Below are positions 44,070-52,754 of a DNA stretch of 64,000 bases, one piece after another. Both the position numbers and the translations under genes were made by a program. This DNA comes from Candidatus Bathyarchaeota archaeon (lineage in GTDB: Archaea; Thermoproteota; Bathyarchaeia; TCS64): NCBI GenBank assembly GCA_016783455.1, contig JADHWN010000006.1, positions 6,142 to 70,141 of the forward strand, read 5' to 3'. Every line of letters starts with the position of its first letter. The stretch's first letter is position 1. Under the pieces are notes generated by a model. It was not told the DNA's origin and did not search any database. It saw only the letters and a program-made list of their open reading frames with translations.

Positions 44070-45185
44070 ATGAGGTTTTTATCTCATATACGAAGTTATA
44101 CTTGGATTCGCGTGGCTGCCAGATACAAGAACGCTATAGGCTCCATCCTTGCGATTTACTTCTTCGTATCTGGCATCGTGGTCATCAAGACCTCAGCCGT
44201 CATCATGGGGGAGTCCCTCGCCGAGAAGATCGTCCTCCTCATCAGTGACACGACGAGCGGCGTCTTCATAGGCTGGATCGGTACCGCCATCATCCAGAGC
44301 AGCGGGGCCTTCGACTCCATCGTCGTCACATTCACGTCGTCGGGGGTGATACCCCTCACCCTCGCCGTGGCCACCATCATCGGAGCCGAGATAGGGACGA
44401 CAGTCACGCCCTTCCTCGTCTCGGTCCTGGGTCAGATTCGCGGCGGGAAGAGGCTCGACGCCACGTTCAACGTGACCATGTCCCATGTCCTCTACAACCT
44501 CTTCACACTGCTCCTGTTCTATCCTGCAGAGCTGTTCTTCGGGGTCTTCTCCAGTATCGCAATGAGTGGTAAGGACGTCTTCATCAGGGCCCCCTGGCTC
44601 AGCGCGTTCCCGGACATCATCGACATCGCCACGCCGTGGGTGGATGGGCTATACGAGTTCATCCCTGCCTGGTTGGGGCTCATCCTAGGAGGGTTCATGT
44701 TGGTAGGTGCCCTCATGACCCTGGAGAAGTTCATGACCGAGATCTTCAGTATGCCCCGGTCATGGAACCTCCTCCGGGCCACCTTCGCGAAGCCCCTGAG
44801 GGCATTCTTCGCGGGTTTCATCTTCACAGTCCTAGTACCCAGCACATCGGTCATGGTCTCACTATTGGTTCCGCTGGCCGGGAGCGGTGCGATCCTCGCT
44901 GACTACTATATACTTCCCTACATCCTGGGCGCAAACATAGGGACGGTCTTCGACGTCTTTATCGCGGCCCTGGCCACGGGAACACCCACAAGCATGGGCG
45001 TCTGGCTCGTCCATCTAGCGATTAACCTCATCGGGGCCATCATCTTCTTCCCCCTGATGAAGCCCTTCAGTAGACTAGTGAGGAGGACAGCTGAAATAAT
45101 GGCTGAGAACCCCAAGATAACAGCGGTGATAGGCATCCTTTTCATCTTGATCCCCATCTCCGTCGTCCTGCTTTACCTCATCTAG
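44070..45185 (+). CDS. Na/Pi cotransporter family membrane protein (PF02690-like)
   Basis: Duplicated signature GAEIGTTVT and GANIGTVF within a multi-TM protein. Confidence 0.75.
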   Translation: MRFLSHIRSYTWIRVAARYKNAIGSILAIYFFVSGIVVIKTSAVIMGESLAEKIVLLISDTTSGVFIGWIGTAIIQSSGAFDSIVVTFTSSGVIPLTLAVATIIGAEIGTTVTPFLVSVLGQIRGGKRLDATFNVTMSHVLYNLFTLLLFYPAELFFGVFSSIAMSGKDVFIRAPWLSAFPDIIDIATPWVDGLYEFIPAWLGLILGGFMLVGALMTLEKFMTEIFSMPRSWNLLRATFAKPLRAFFAGFIFTVLVPSTSVMVSLLVPLAGSGAILADYYILPYILGANIGTVFDVFIAALATGTPTSMGVWLVHLAINLIGAIIFFPLMKPFSRLVRRTAEIMAENPKITAVIGILFILIPISVVLLYLI

Positions 45186-45229
45186 ACCTTGAGTCTGGGG
45201 AAACTATATATTATATGGTATCTATATAA

Positions 45230-45925
45230 TTGGAAGCTGACGGAGGAAATCAATTGGCGAGAAGGCTTTTCGGATGGTTCGCCCCAAAACGGGGGGAAAA
45301 CGTGCTAGCGATGGTCGAGGAGCACCTTGAGCTCACCCAGAACGCAGTAATGGACCTATACAAGATGGTGGAGGCCTCAGCAAACTGCCTCGAAAATGAC
45401 TGCAAAAACTTCTTCGAAAGCGTCTCGCAGCTCGAGATGAAGGCTGACGCCCTCAGGAGGAAGATGGTCGAGGAGCTCACCAGGAGCGAGATGTTCCCGG
45501 AGGAGAGGGGGGACCTCATGGAGCTGGTGAGGGCGGTCGACTGGGTCGCTGACTGGTCAAAGGAGGCCGGCAGAATACTTGTGATAATTCCCTTTGAAAA
45601 CGCCCCAGACGAGATGAAGGAGGCCGCCAAGAACATGTGCAAGGCCAACGTGGACTGCGTCGGTGTGCTCGGTGACTGCGTACGGGCACTACACGAGAAA
45701 AACTCCACAAAAGCTCTTAGCCTCGCAGATAAGGTCGAGATCCTCGAGGAGGAGATCGACGAGCTCTACTCCGTGGCAAGGGGTCACCTAGCCAACCTGG
45801 AGTACCCCGGCTTCTCGGTGGGTGCACTGATACTCCTCAACGAGTTCCTTGACGCCCTGGAGACCGTGGCAGACTGGTGTGAGAACACCGCGGACATAGT
45901 GAGGGCCATAGCTGTCCGGGGATAG
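45230..45925 (+). CDS. DUF47/TIGR00153 PhoU-related phosphate-transport regulator-like protein
   Basis: Helical repeat protein (LAMVEEHLELTQNAVMDLYKMV..) immediately downstream of a Pi transporter, the usual context of this family. The TTG start is uncertain. Confidence 0.65.
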   Translation: MEADGGNQLARRLFGWFAPKRGENVLAMVEEHLELTQNAVMDLYKMVEASANCLENDCKNFFESVSQLEMKADALRRKMVEELTRSEMFPEERGDLMELVRAVDWVADWSKEAGRILVIIPFENAPDEMKEAAKNMCKANVDCVGVLGDCVRALHEKNSTKALSLADKVEILEEEIDELYSVARGHLANLEYPGFSVGALILLNEFLDALETVADWCENTADIVRAIAVRG

Positions 45926-45973
45926 AATATTAAAAAATTAATTCAGAAAGAGGCTTAGAACCTAATTAGATGC

Positions 45974-46168
45974 CTACTCCTCGACTGTGATGGCCTGGGT
46001 CGGACATGCGTTCACGCAGGCCATACAGAGGATGCAGTCCTCTGACCGGGTGGGCTCCGCCTTCTTCCCTCCCCCGGCGTCCACCATGTCGTAGACGTTC
46101 ATGGGGCAGACCTCAGCGCAGACCCCGGCACCCTCACATACGTCCTTATCAACTTTTACAATTGGCAA
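45974..46168 (-). CDS. 2x[4Fe-4S] ferredoxin
   Basis: CEGAGVCAEVCP and CILCMACVNACP motifs, 64 aa. Confidence 0.88.
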   Translation of the reverse strand: MPIVKVDKDVCEGAGVCAEVCPMNVYDMVDAGGGKKAEPTRSEDCILCMACVNACPTQAITVEE

Positions 46169-46353
46169 CGGAATTACGCTCCATTTACTTGTTAAGAATC
46201 CTCAACTCCCGTCTACTTTAAACCTTTTTGATATCCTGAACTCGGAGTTTGGTCAACGATAATCGTAATTCCCCCATCGATTGCATGACGGATAAGGATT
46301 CGCGCCTATTACGTTGTGATATGCATTGAAATAGAAAAATTAAATTTGGTAGG

Positions 46354-46986
46354 TTAACTATTCAGGAGTTCCTTCGCAGCGTCGATTATCTTAGTCGCGA
46401 CTTTCTCGGATAGACCCGTCTTCTCCGACAGTGTGCTTGGCTTGGCTCTGGCTATCGACTTGGGGCTCTTGTATCCTGCTTCCGCCAGCTTCTCCACGGT
46501 AGTCTTCCCAACCCCCTTGATATCGGAGAGGCCGACGTCTATCTTCGGTGCAGCCTTGACCTCAGTCGGAGGCTCCGGCTTGGGCTCTTCCTTTGTCTCC
46601 TCAACGGGCTTCGGCTCTTCTATGGGCTCGGGTTCTTCCTTGGTCTCCTCAACGGGCTTTGGCTCCTCCACACGTTCGGGCGCGGCCTCGGCCTTCACCG
46701 CCGACTCAGCTCCCTTCCGCAACGTTATCGCTATGGTAGAGACTCCTCTAGTTCTCCCGTCCTCTGTCGGCATCTGCTCCGATCCGATCTCGATCTTCTC
46801 GGTCTTGAGGTCGTTCAGGTAGCGGCCCTTCGCGATCTCCGCGACATCCACGGCCCTGGAGATGGCTCTCCCCCTCGCCTTGAGGACGACGCTATCCGCA
46901 CCGGATCTGTTGAAGGCAGTGATCAGTGCCATGACATATGCCATTGGTGGCTTGCTACCGATGTAGACTGTGTTAACATCTTTCAT
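46354..46986 (-). CDS. Alba domain fused to a Pro/Glu repeat linker and a C-terminal (HhH)2 domain
   Basis: N-terminus MKDVNTVYIGSKPPMAYVMALITAF..VLKARGRAISRAVDVAE (Alba). Linker EEPKPVEETKEEPEPI/EEPKPVEETKEEPKPE. C-terminus LSDIKGVGKTTVEKLAEAGYKSPKSIARAKPSTLSEKTGLSEKVATKIIDAA (RadA-N-terminal-like HhH pair). Confidence 0.8.
   Translation of the reverse strand: MKDVNTVYIGSKPPMAYVMALITAFNRSGADSVVLKARGRAISRAVDVAEIAKGRYLNDLKTEKIEIGSEQMPTEDGRTRGVSTIAITLRKGAESAVKAEAAPERVEEPKPVEETKEEPEPIEEPKPVEETKEEPKPEPPTEVKAAPKIDVGLSDIKGVGKTTVEKLAEAGYKSPKSIARAKPSTLSEKTGLSEKVATKIIDAAKELLNS
46573..46668 (-). repeat. Tandem 48-nt (16-codon) imperfect repeat, 2 copies, inside the Alba-HhH gene
   Basis: Encodes EEPKPVEETKEEPEPI followed by EEPKPVEETKEEPKPE. 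The DNA copies are visibly similar. Confidence 0.8.
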
Positions 46987-47056
46987 TTTTGCCAAAAAGA
47001 AGGGCACTTCTCCGTTTAAAAAGGTTAAGGGAAGTCCTTACGGACTTTTGATCCCC

Positions 47057-48016
47057 CTAGATCACGACTGGATGGTCGGGCCTCTCCCCTTTCAGGACCT
47101 TGAAGACCCCGTCCGCCACCTGCGTGGCCATCCGCCACATCGCCTCCTGGCTGCTAGCCCCCAGGTGCGGGGCCAGGATGACGTTGTCCATGGAGGCTAG
47201 GGCGTCGCCCTGTGGAAGGGGTTCGACCTCGAAGACGTCAAGGGCGGCACCAGCCACCTTCCCCGACTTCAATGCCTCGACGAGGACCTCCTGGTCTATA
47301 ATCTTCCCCCTTGCTGAGTTGACGATGTAGACCCCGTCCTTCATCTTCTTGAACTCGGCGGACGAGAGCATGTGGTATGTCTCCGGGTTGTGGGGTACGT
47401 GGAGGGAGATGATGTCGCTCCTCCTCAGGAGCTCCTCAAGGTTAGCCCACTCCATGCCCAGCTCCTCCTCGACGTCCTCCTTCCTCGTCCGAGAGTGGTA
47501 GACGAGGTCCACCCCGAAGGGCTTCAGTCGACGGGCTGTGGCCGTTCCGATCTTTCCGAGGCCGATGAGGCCGACGGTCTTCCCCATGACCTCGACGCCC
47601 CTCAGGTCCCCGTACTTGCGGGACCACTCCCCAGCCCTGACAGCCTTGTCGGCGCTCACGACCCTCCTAGTCATGGAGAGCATCAGGGCCATGGCCATCT
47701 CCGCGACCGTCTCGGTGAGGGCCGTAGGCGTGTTGAGGACGACCTTCCCCAGCTCCCTCGCGGCCTCGAGGTCCACGTGGTCGCAGCCGATCCCGTGGAC
47801 CCCCACGGCCTTGAGCCTTGGAGAGGAGGCCATGATCTCCCGTGTCACCTTGATGCTCCCCCTGGTTATGAATCCGTCAGCCCTGGGGGCCACCTCCCCC
47901 AGCGCGTTGATGTCCGAGCCCGGGGGAAGCGAGATGACATCTACTCCTTTTTCCTCCAGGAATTCTATCCCGGCCTGGTGGATGGGCTCGGTGACAACTA
48001 CAGTGAACTTCTCCAA
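47057..48016 (-). CDS. D-isomer-specific 2-hydroxyacid dehydrogenase (phosphoglycerate dehydrogenase / glyoxylate reductase-like)
   Basis: NAD-binding GLIGLGKIGTATA, and catalytic-region NSARG, LDVFE.EP, PHLGAS. Confidence 0.85.
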   Translation of the reverse strand: MEKFTVVVTEPIHQAGIEFLEEKGVDVISLPPGSDINALGEVAPRADGFITRGSIKVTREIMASSPRLKAVGVHGIGCDHVDLEAARELGKVVLNTPTALTETVAEMAMALMLSMTRRVVSADKAVRAGEWSRKYGDLRGVEVMGKTVGLIGLGKIGTATARRLKPFGVDLVYHSRTRKEDVEEELGMEWANLEELLRRSDIISLHVPHNPETYHMLSSAEFKKMKDGVYIVNSARGKIIDQEVLVEALKSGKVAGAALDVFEVEPLPQGDALASMDNVILAPHLGASSQEAMWRMATQVADGVFKVLKGERPDHPVVI

Positions 48017-48068
48017 TCTGGCACCCGGAAACGGATCCCCTTCAGTGGCTAAAAGGTTTGGCCGCGTC

Positions 48069-49238
48069 TTACCTCCGGGAGCGTCTCCTCCTCGTCCCTC
48101 CGGGGGTCTCGGCCTTCGTTCTCCTTATGGCCTTCTCGAGGGTCGTGCAGAGCTCGTCGAACACCTCCAGGAGGTCCCAGCCCTCCGCCTTGGCGTTGAC
48201 CTGCCCACTTGGACTCAGGGCGCGAGCCGTCAGCTCGTATCGGTTCCTTAAGCCCTGTGTCTGGGAGACCTTGATCCTGATTGAGACCTCGTTGATGTCC
48301 GGCCTGAACTTCCTCCCCCTCCGCACAACCCTCCGGACCTTCTCCTCGGCGACCGCCCTCTCGAAGAAGTCCTCATCGGAGAGGCCCATGATGTAGACGG
48401 GCATCTCCTCCTGCACCCTGAACCTGAGGATTGGGGCGAGGAGCTCTCTCGGCGTCAGTATGCCCAGCATTCGGCCCCCTTCGTCGGTTATGTAGCAGGC
48501 CCCCTTCCCCCGGTCCCTGAGGCCACGTACGGCGTCCAGGACCGTCGAGTCGGGCCTCAACGTGACGGGGTGGATGTCCATCACGCCCATCACTTGCCCT
48601 GGGAACCTGGAGCCCCTCTCCCCGACACGATCCCCAGTGGTTGTCTTAGACGAGGGCGTGATGAAGGCGTGGACTATGGTCTCGGCTGTGACCTCCCCCA
48701 CGAGCCTCCCGTACTCGACGACGGGGATGTGGCTTATACCCCTCTCAAGCATGAGGCGCCGAGCTGTTGCGTTCCTCTCGTCGATGTCCAGTGACCAGAC
48801 CGGGCTCCGCAGCAGCTCCTTGACGCCGTAGCCAGAGAGCTCATTGACGTCGCACATGACCCTGATTAGATCCTCCTGTGAGATGATCCCAGTCACCTCC
48901 CCTCTTTCGACGACGGGAAGCGCCCTGACGTTGTTCCTCACGAGGAGCTCAGCTACCTCGATGACGCTTGTCGAGGGGGAGACAGAGCCCGTGGCCCGCC
49001 AGACCTTATCGACTCTCCTCTGAGCCGGCTGGTCCACATCAAGGAGGTCCCTGACGGTGATCAGCCCCACGGATCCCCCCGACGAGACGGCCGCCTCGTA
49101 CCGGTCGGTCTCCTTGAGGACCCCCAGTACCTGGGAGGCGAAGTCTTCGGGGCTGAAGACGCTGATGGGGCTATGAGCGATGTCCCGTATCTCCGATAGA
49201 ACTAGTTCCCTTAGTGAAGTAACCAAGTAAAGAACCAC
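48069..49238 (-). CDS. Four-CBS-domain protein with HPF/RaiA-like C-terminal domain and basic tail
   Basis: Repeated CBS units over about 275 aa. The C-terminal ~110 aa (VYIMGL..ERAVAEEKVRRVVRRGRKF..VSIRIKVS..YELTARALSPSGQVNAKAEGWDLLEVFDELCTTLEKAIRRTKA) follow the beta-alpha-beta-beta-beta-alpha pattern of YfiA/HPF. GTG start is uncertain. Confidence 0.7.
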   Translation of the reverse strand: MVLYLVTSLRELVLSEIRDIAHSPISVFSPEDFASQVLGVLKETDRYEAAVSSGGSVGLITVRDLLDVDQPAQRRVDKVWRATGSVSPSTSVIEVAELLVRNNVRALPVVERGEVTGIISQEDLIRVMCDVNELSGYGVKELLRSPVWSLDIDERNATARRLMLERGISHIPVVEYGRLVGEVTAETIVHAFITPSSKTTTGDRVGERGSRFPGQVMGVMDIHPVTLRPDSTVLDAVRGLRDRGKGACYITDEGGRMLGILTPRELLAPILRFRVQEEMPVYIMGLSDEDFFERAVAEEKVRRVVRRGRKFRPDINEVSIRIKVSQTQGLRNRYELTARALSPSGQVNAKAEGWDLLEVFDELCTTLEKAIRRTKAETPGGTRRRRSRR

Positions 49239-49336
49239 TTATAGTAAAGCTTGGACTCGAATATAGTTTGCTCTATTCATCAGACTCTTCTGTAGGAAGG
49301 GTTGGGAGTATTGGTATATAGCCCATAAGGCGTTAG

Positions 49337-50314
49337 CTAGATCTCCTTCCCTATTCCCCCCATCTTGGCGAGAGTGTAGACCTTGTGGGCCGTGCCCACG
49401 TCCTGGATGGCGAGGCCAGTTGCCTTGAACAGGGTTATCTCGTCGGGGCTGGTCCGCCCCTTCTTCTTACCCGCCACGATCTCCCCCATCTCCGCGTAGA
49501 TATCCCCCTCGGTGATGACCCCCTCCTCCTTGGGCTTCGCGAAGTCCCCGACCACGAAGGCCTGGGGGATGAAGTCCACGACGAGCTTGTCACACTTCTC
49601 GATGACGCTGGTCATGAGCTCCCTCTTCGCGCCTGTGTCTGCCCCGATGGCCGAGACGTGGCAGCCCTTCTTGAGCCATGCGCCGTCCATGAAGGCCTCC
49701 GGGCTGGGGGTGCAGGTGATGACGATGTCGCTGCCCTCCGCCGCTGCCCTCGGGGAGTCCACGGGCACGAACTTGGTCTTCGGGTACCTCTGGCCCATCT
49801 CCTTGACGAAGGCGTCCTTCGCCTCGGGGATGATGTCGTAGACCTTGACCTTCTCGACGCCGGGGCGCACTTCCATTAGGCCCATGACCTGGCTCCTGCC
49901 CTGGACGCCCAGGCCACAGAGGCCGACCTCCTTGCTGTCCTCCCTGCTGAGGTACTTGATCCCCGTCGCCCCAGCCGCCCCCGTCCTTAGGGCGGTGATG
50001 TACGTGCCGTCCATGATGGCGAGGGGCACGCCGTTCTCGGGGCTGTTTAATACGATGCGGGCGATAACCGCGGGCAGTCCGTAGTCCTTCTTGTTGCCTG
50101 GGTGGACCGTGACAAGCTTTGTCCCAGCGGCGCCGAGGCCGGGCATGTAGGCCGGCATGGCTATGAGGACCCCCTTCTCGAAGTGGAGGTAGACCCGAGC
50201 CGGCATCTCGATGTTGTCGTTGCCCATCTCCCTGAAGCCGCTCTCCACGGCCTCGAAGGTACTCTTCATGTCGAGGACCGACTTGACCTCGTCTTGAGTA
50301 AGATACAGAGTCAA
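49337..50314 (-). CDS. Ornithine cyclodeaminase / mu-crystallin family protein (archaeal alanine dehydrogenase-like)
   Basis: LTQDEVKSVLDM..AVESGF, GTKLVTVHPGN, GLCGLGVQG. I prefer the TTG start at 50314 (GGAG 7 nt upstream), which removes the overlap with the GPN gene. Confidence 0.8.
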   Translation of the reverse strand: MTLYLTQDEVKSVLDMKSTFEAVESGFREMGNDNIEMPARVYLHFEKGVLIAMPAYMPGLGAAGTKLVTVHPGNKKDYGLPAVIARIVLNSPENGVPLAIMDGTYITALRTGAAGATGIKYLSREDSKEVGLCGLGVQGRSQVMGLMEVRPGVEKVKVYDIIPEAKDAFVKEMGQRYPKTKFVPVDSPRAAAEGSDIVITCTPSPEAFMDGAWLKKGCHVSAIGADTGAKRELMTSVIEKCDKLVVDFIPQAFVVGDFAKPKEEGVITEGDIYAEMGEIVAGKKKGRTSPDEITLFKATGLAIQDVGTAHKVYTLAKMGGIGKEI

Positions 50315-50363
50315 AATTATCTCCGAGAGGAAAGAGTGGACTGAGAATTTAACAGTTTCACTG

Positions 50364-51122
50364 TCAGGTTGTGAAGGGCTCCCCGCCATTGAAGACCCGG
50401 GTCACCGTCGAGTAGAGCCTGTTGAAACCCAGATTGGTGCGTGTGGAGAATGGTATAGGATCGTACTCGACCCCCAGCCTGTCTATGACATCCATCATGT
50501 CCTGGCTCATGAGCCGGTTCATCCCCGATAAGCGGTTGTCGATGGCCTCCTTAAGGTTTAGCGGCTCCTCGGCCCAGCCTTCGATCTCCTCCAGCTCGTC
50601 CCCCAGTATGTCGGCCTTGGAGAGTACCGAGATCTGGGGCAGCATGAAACGGCTGTTGATGGCGGAGACGAGGAACATGTTCATCACGTAGTTCAGGGGA
50701 TCCCTGCAGAGGGCGGAGTCGAAGAGGTAGATGATGCCCTTCCCCTCGCCTGAGAGGCCCTCGGCTATCTGCGCCCCCACGTCCCTGAAGGCGAACATCT
50801 CCAGCTGCCCAGGGGTGTCGATTACCGCCACATCTGGGCCGAAGTCGTCGATGTCCGATGATAGCTGGTCGATGAGCTCCACCATCAGCTCGCTGGCGAG
50901 CATGAGTCCGCCATTGGGCCCCAGGCCGTACTCCTCCATGAGGGCCTCCACCTTGATGTAGTCCCTGACATCCACGTTGGCCGAGTAGGGGATCGTGATG
51001 GCACCCGGGTCCAGGTTGACGGCCAGGGCGTTCTCCCCCTGCATCTCCATCCACCGTGTGAAGACGTGTGTCAACTCGGACTTGCCTGAGCCGGCCGTGC
51101 CTAGAATGAAGATGAGGAACAA
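50364..51122 (-). CDS. GPN-loop GTPase
   Basis: P-loop GTAGSGKS, the GPN motif GLGPNGG, and DTPGQLE. The start is TTG right after the upstream stop, so it is uncertain. Confidence 0.85.
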   Translation of the reverse strand: MFLIFILGTAGSGKSELTHVFTRWMEMQGENALAVNLDPGAITIPYSANVDVRDYIKVEALMEEYGLGPNGGLMLASELMVELIDQLSSDIDDFGPDVAVIDTPGQLEMFAFRDVGAQIAEGLSGEGKGIIYLFDSALCRDPLNYVMNMFLVSAINSRFMLPQISVLSKADILGDELEEIEGWAEEPLNLKEAIDNRLSGMNRLMSQDMMDVIDRLGVEYDPIPFSTRTNLGFNRLYSTVTRVFNGGEPFTT

Positions 51123-51137
51123 TGGTTCACCCAGGGA

Positions 51138-52184
51138 TTAGCCTTCTACGAACTCCTTGAAAAGCTTGTAGGCCTCGGCGAGGGGATACCTCTCCGGCGG
51201 CCTCTTGAAGCCGTAGGCGCAGATAGGTGCGATGGCCCCTCCCAGCCCCCTGTCCGAGGCGATCTTGACCCCCCGGATCACGTCCAGGAGGATGGCTCCG
51301 GCGTTGGGTGCGTCAGCCGTGTTGAGCTTCACGTCCATCGTGAACGGGGCGCCGCCGAAGTACCTTCCCTTGAACCAGAAGAAGCTGTCCCTGCTGTTCC
51401 CCAGGAAGTCGACGTAGTCGGTGGAGCCCGAGACGAGGGGGAACTCGTAGGGCACGGCGTCCGAGACCGCCGAGGTCTTTATGTCCCGCTTAAGCTCCCG
51501 GGTCTTCCAGAGGGTGTTCACCGACTCGGCCCCGCCCCCTACGTCCAGCTGGTAGCTCTCGTCGACTCGGACCCCCCTCTCGTGGAGGAACTCGAGGAGC
51601 CCGATGTGGACCACCGTGGCCCCGATCTGGTCCAGGAGGTCGTCGCCCACGAGGGGCACCCCTGCCTCCTCGAATCTCCCTGACCACTCCCCGTTAACCA
51701 GGGGGGAGGGGGTGGCGTTCACGAGGGCGCACCCCGCCTCCAGGGCTGCCTTCGCGTAGAACCCGGATGACTCCAGTGCGCTCCCTGAGATGAGGTTCAG
51801 CAGGATGTCGGCCCCTACATCTTTAAGCACGGCCGAGATGTTGGTCTCGACCTCCTCGGCGACATCGACGACGCCAGCGTTGTACTCAAGCTTGTCGAGG
51901 GCGGCCCCCATCTTGACAGTGACCCCCAGCGGTGAGAGCTCAGCGACCCGCGGGACCTTGTTGGGCTCGGAGAAGATCGCCTCCGAGAGGTCAAGTCCCA
52001 CCTTCCTCCTGTCGACGTCGAAGGCCGCTACGAACTCGATCTCGTCAATCCCGTAGCCCCCCACCTCTCCGTTTATCAGGCCCAGCCTCTCTCCGCCGTT
52101 CTGGTAGTAATAGACGCCCTGCACGAGCGAGGAGCAGCAGTTCCCCACGCCGGCGACGGCCACTCTGATATTTCCCATTTTCAT
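51138..52184 (-). CDS. Inositol-3-phosphate synthase (archaeal short type)
   Basis: IRVAVAGVGNCCSSLVQGVYYY N-terminus and the overall layout of the archaeal/bacterial MIPS family. Confidence 0.8.
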   Translation of the reverse strand: MKMGNIRVAVAGVGNCCSSLVQGVYYYQNGGERLGLINGEVGGYGIDEIEFVAAFDVDRRKVGLDLSEAIFSEPNKVPRVAELSPLGVTVKMGAALDKLEYNAGVVDVAEEVETNISAVLKDVGADILLNLISGSALESSGFYAKAALEAGCALVNATPSPLVNGEWSGRFEEAGVPLVGDDLLDQIGATVVHIGLLEFLHERGVRVDESYQLDVGGGAESVNTLWKTRELKRDIKTSAVSDAVPYEFPLVSGSTDYVDFLGNSRDSFFWFKGRYFGGAPFTMDVKLNTADAPNAGAILLDVIRGVKIASDRGLGGAIAPICAYGFKRPPERYPLAEAYKLFKEFVEG

Positions 52185-52252
52185 TCTCCTTCGGTAAAGT
52201 CGGATAAAAAGAGGGGGCGTTGGTCTATATAACCGAGGCGTCTACGGAGGGG

Positions 52253-52708
52253 TCAGAGGGACTTCCGCATGATGATGGCGTCCTCGTCGCCGTAGTAAGC
52301 CTGCACCCTTCCGATGTCCTCGTATCCCCTGTTGACGTAGAATGTCCTGGCTGTCGTGTTTGACTCCCTGACCTCGAGGGTCACCTGCTGGGCGTCTCTC
52401 TCCTTGAACCGGGTCTCGATCTCGTCCAGGAGCAGGCTTCCGACGCCCCTCTCCCTCCACTCCTTCTCGACGGCTATATTCATGACGTGACCTGCCTTCG
52501 ACCTGTGGGGGATGCCGCTGATTATCAGTTCCCTGATCTCACCGACGATGTATCCCAAAAGCTCGTCCTCCTCAGCAACGAGGAAGAGGTCTGGGGTCCT
52601 GTCGAGGATGTAGCCGAAGATCGTGAGGGGCCAGGGGTCGGGGAATGATGTGGTCTCTATCGACTGAATGTGCTCAAGGTCCTCTCTTCTACACAGCCGA
52701 ATTCTCAT
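52253..52708 (-). CDS. rimI: Ribosomal-protein-alanine N-acetyltransferase-like GNAT
   Basis: IQSIETTSFPDPW, AVEKEWRERGVGSLLL and ARTFYVNRGY are typical of archaeal RimI/Ard1. Confidence 0.8.
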   Translation of the reverse strand: MRIRLCRREDLEHIQSIETTSFPDPWPLTIFGYILDRTPDLFLVAEEDELLGYIVGEIRELIISGIPHRSKAGHVMNIAVEKEWRERGVGSLLLDEIETRFKERDAQQVTLEVRESNTTARTFYVNRGYEDIGRVQAYYGDEDAIIMRKSL

Positions 52709-52754
52709 TGGTCATCTTCCTCCCATACACTTCATCTGCTATCTAATACTGACC

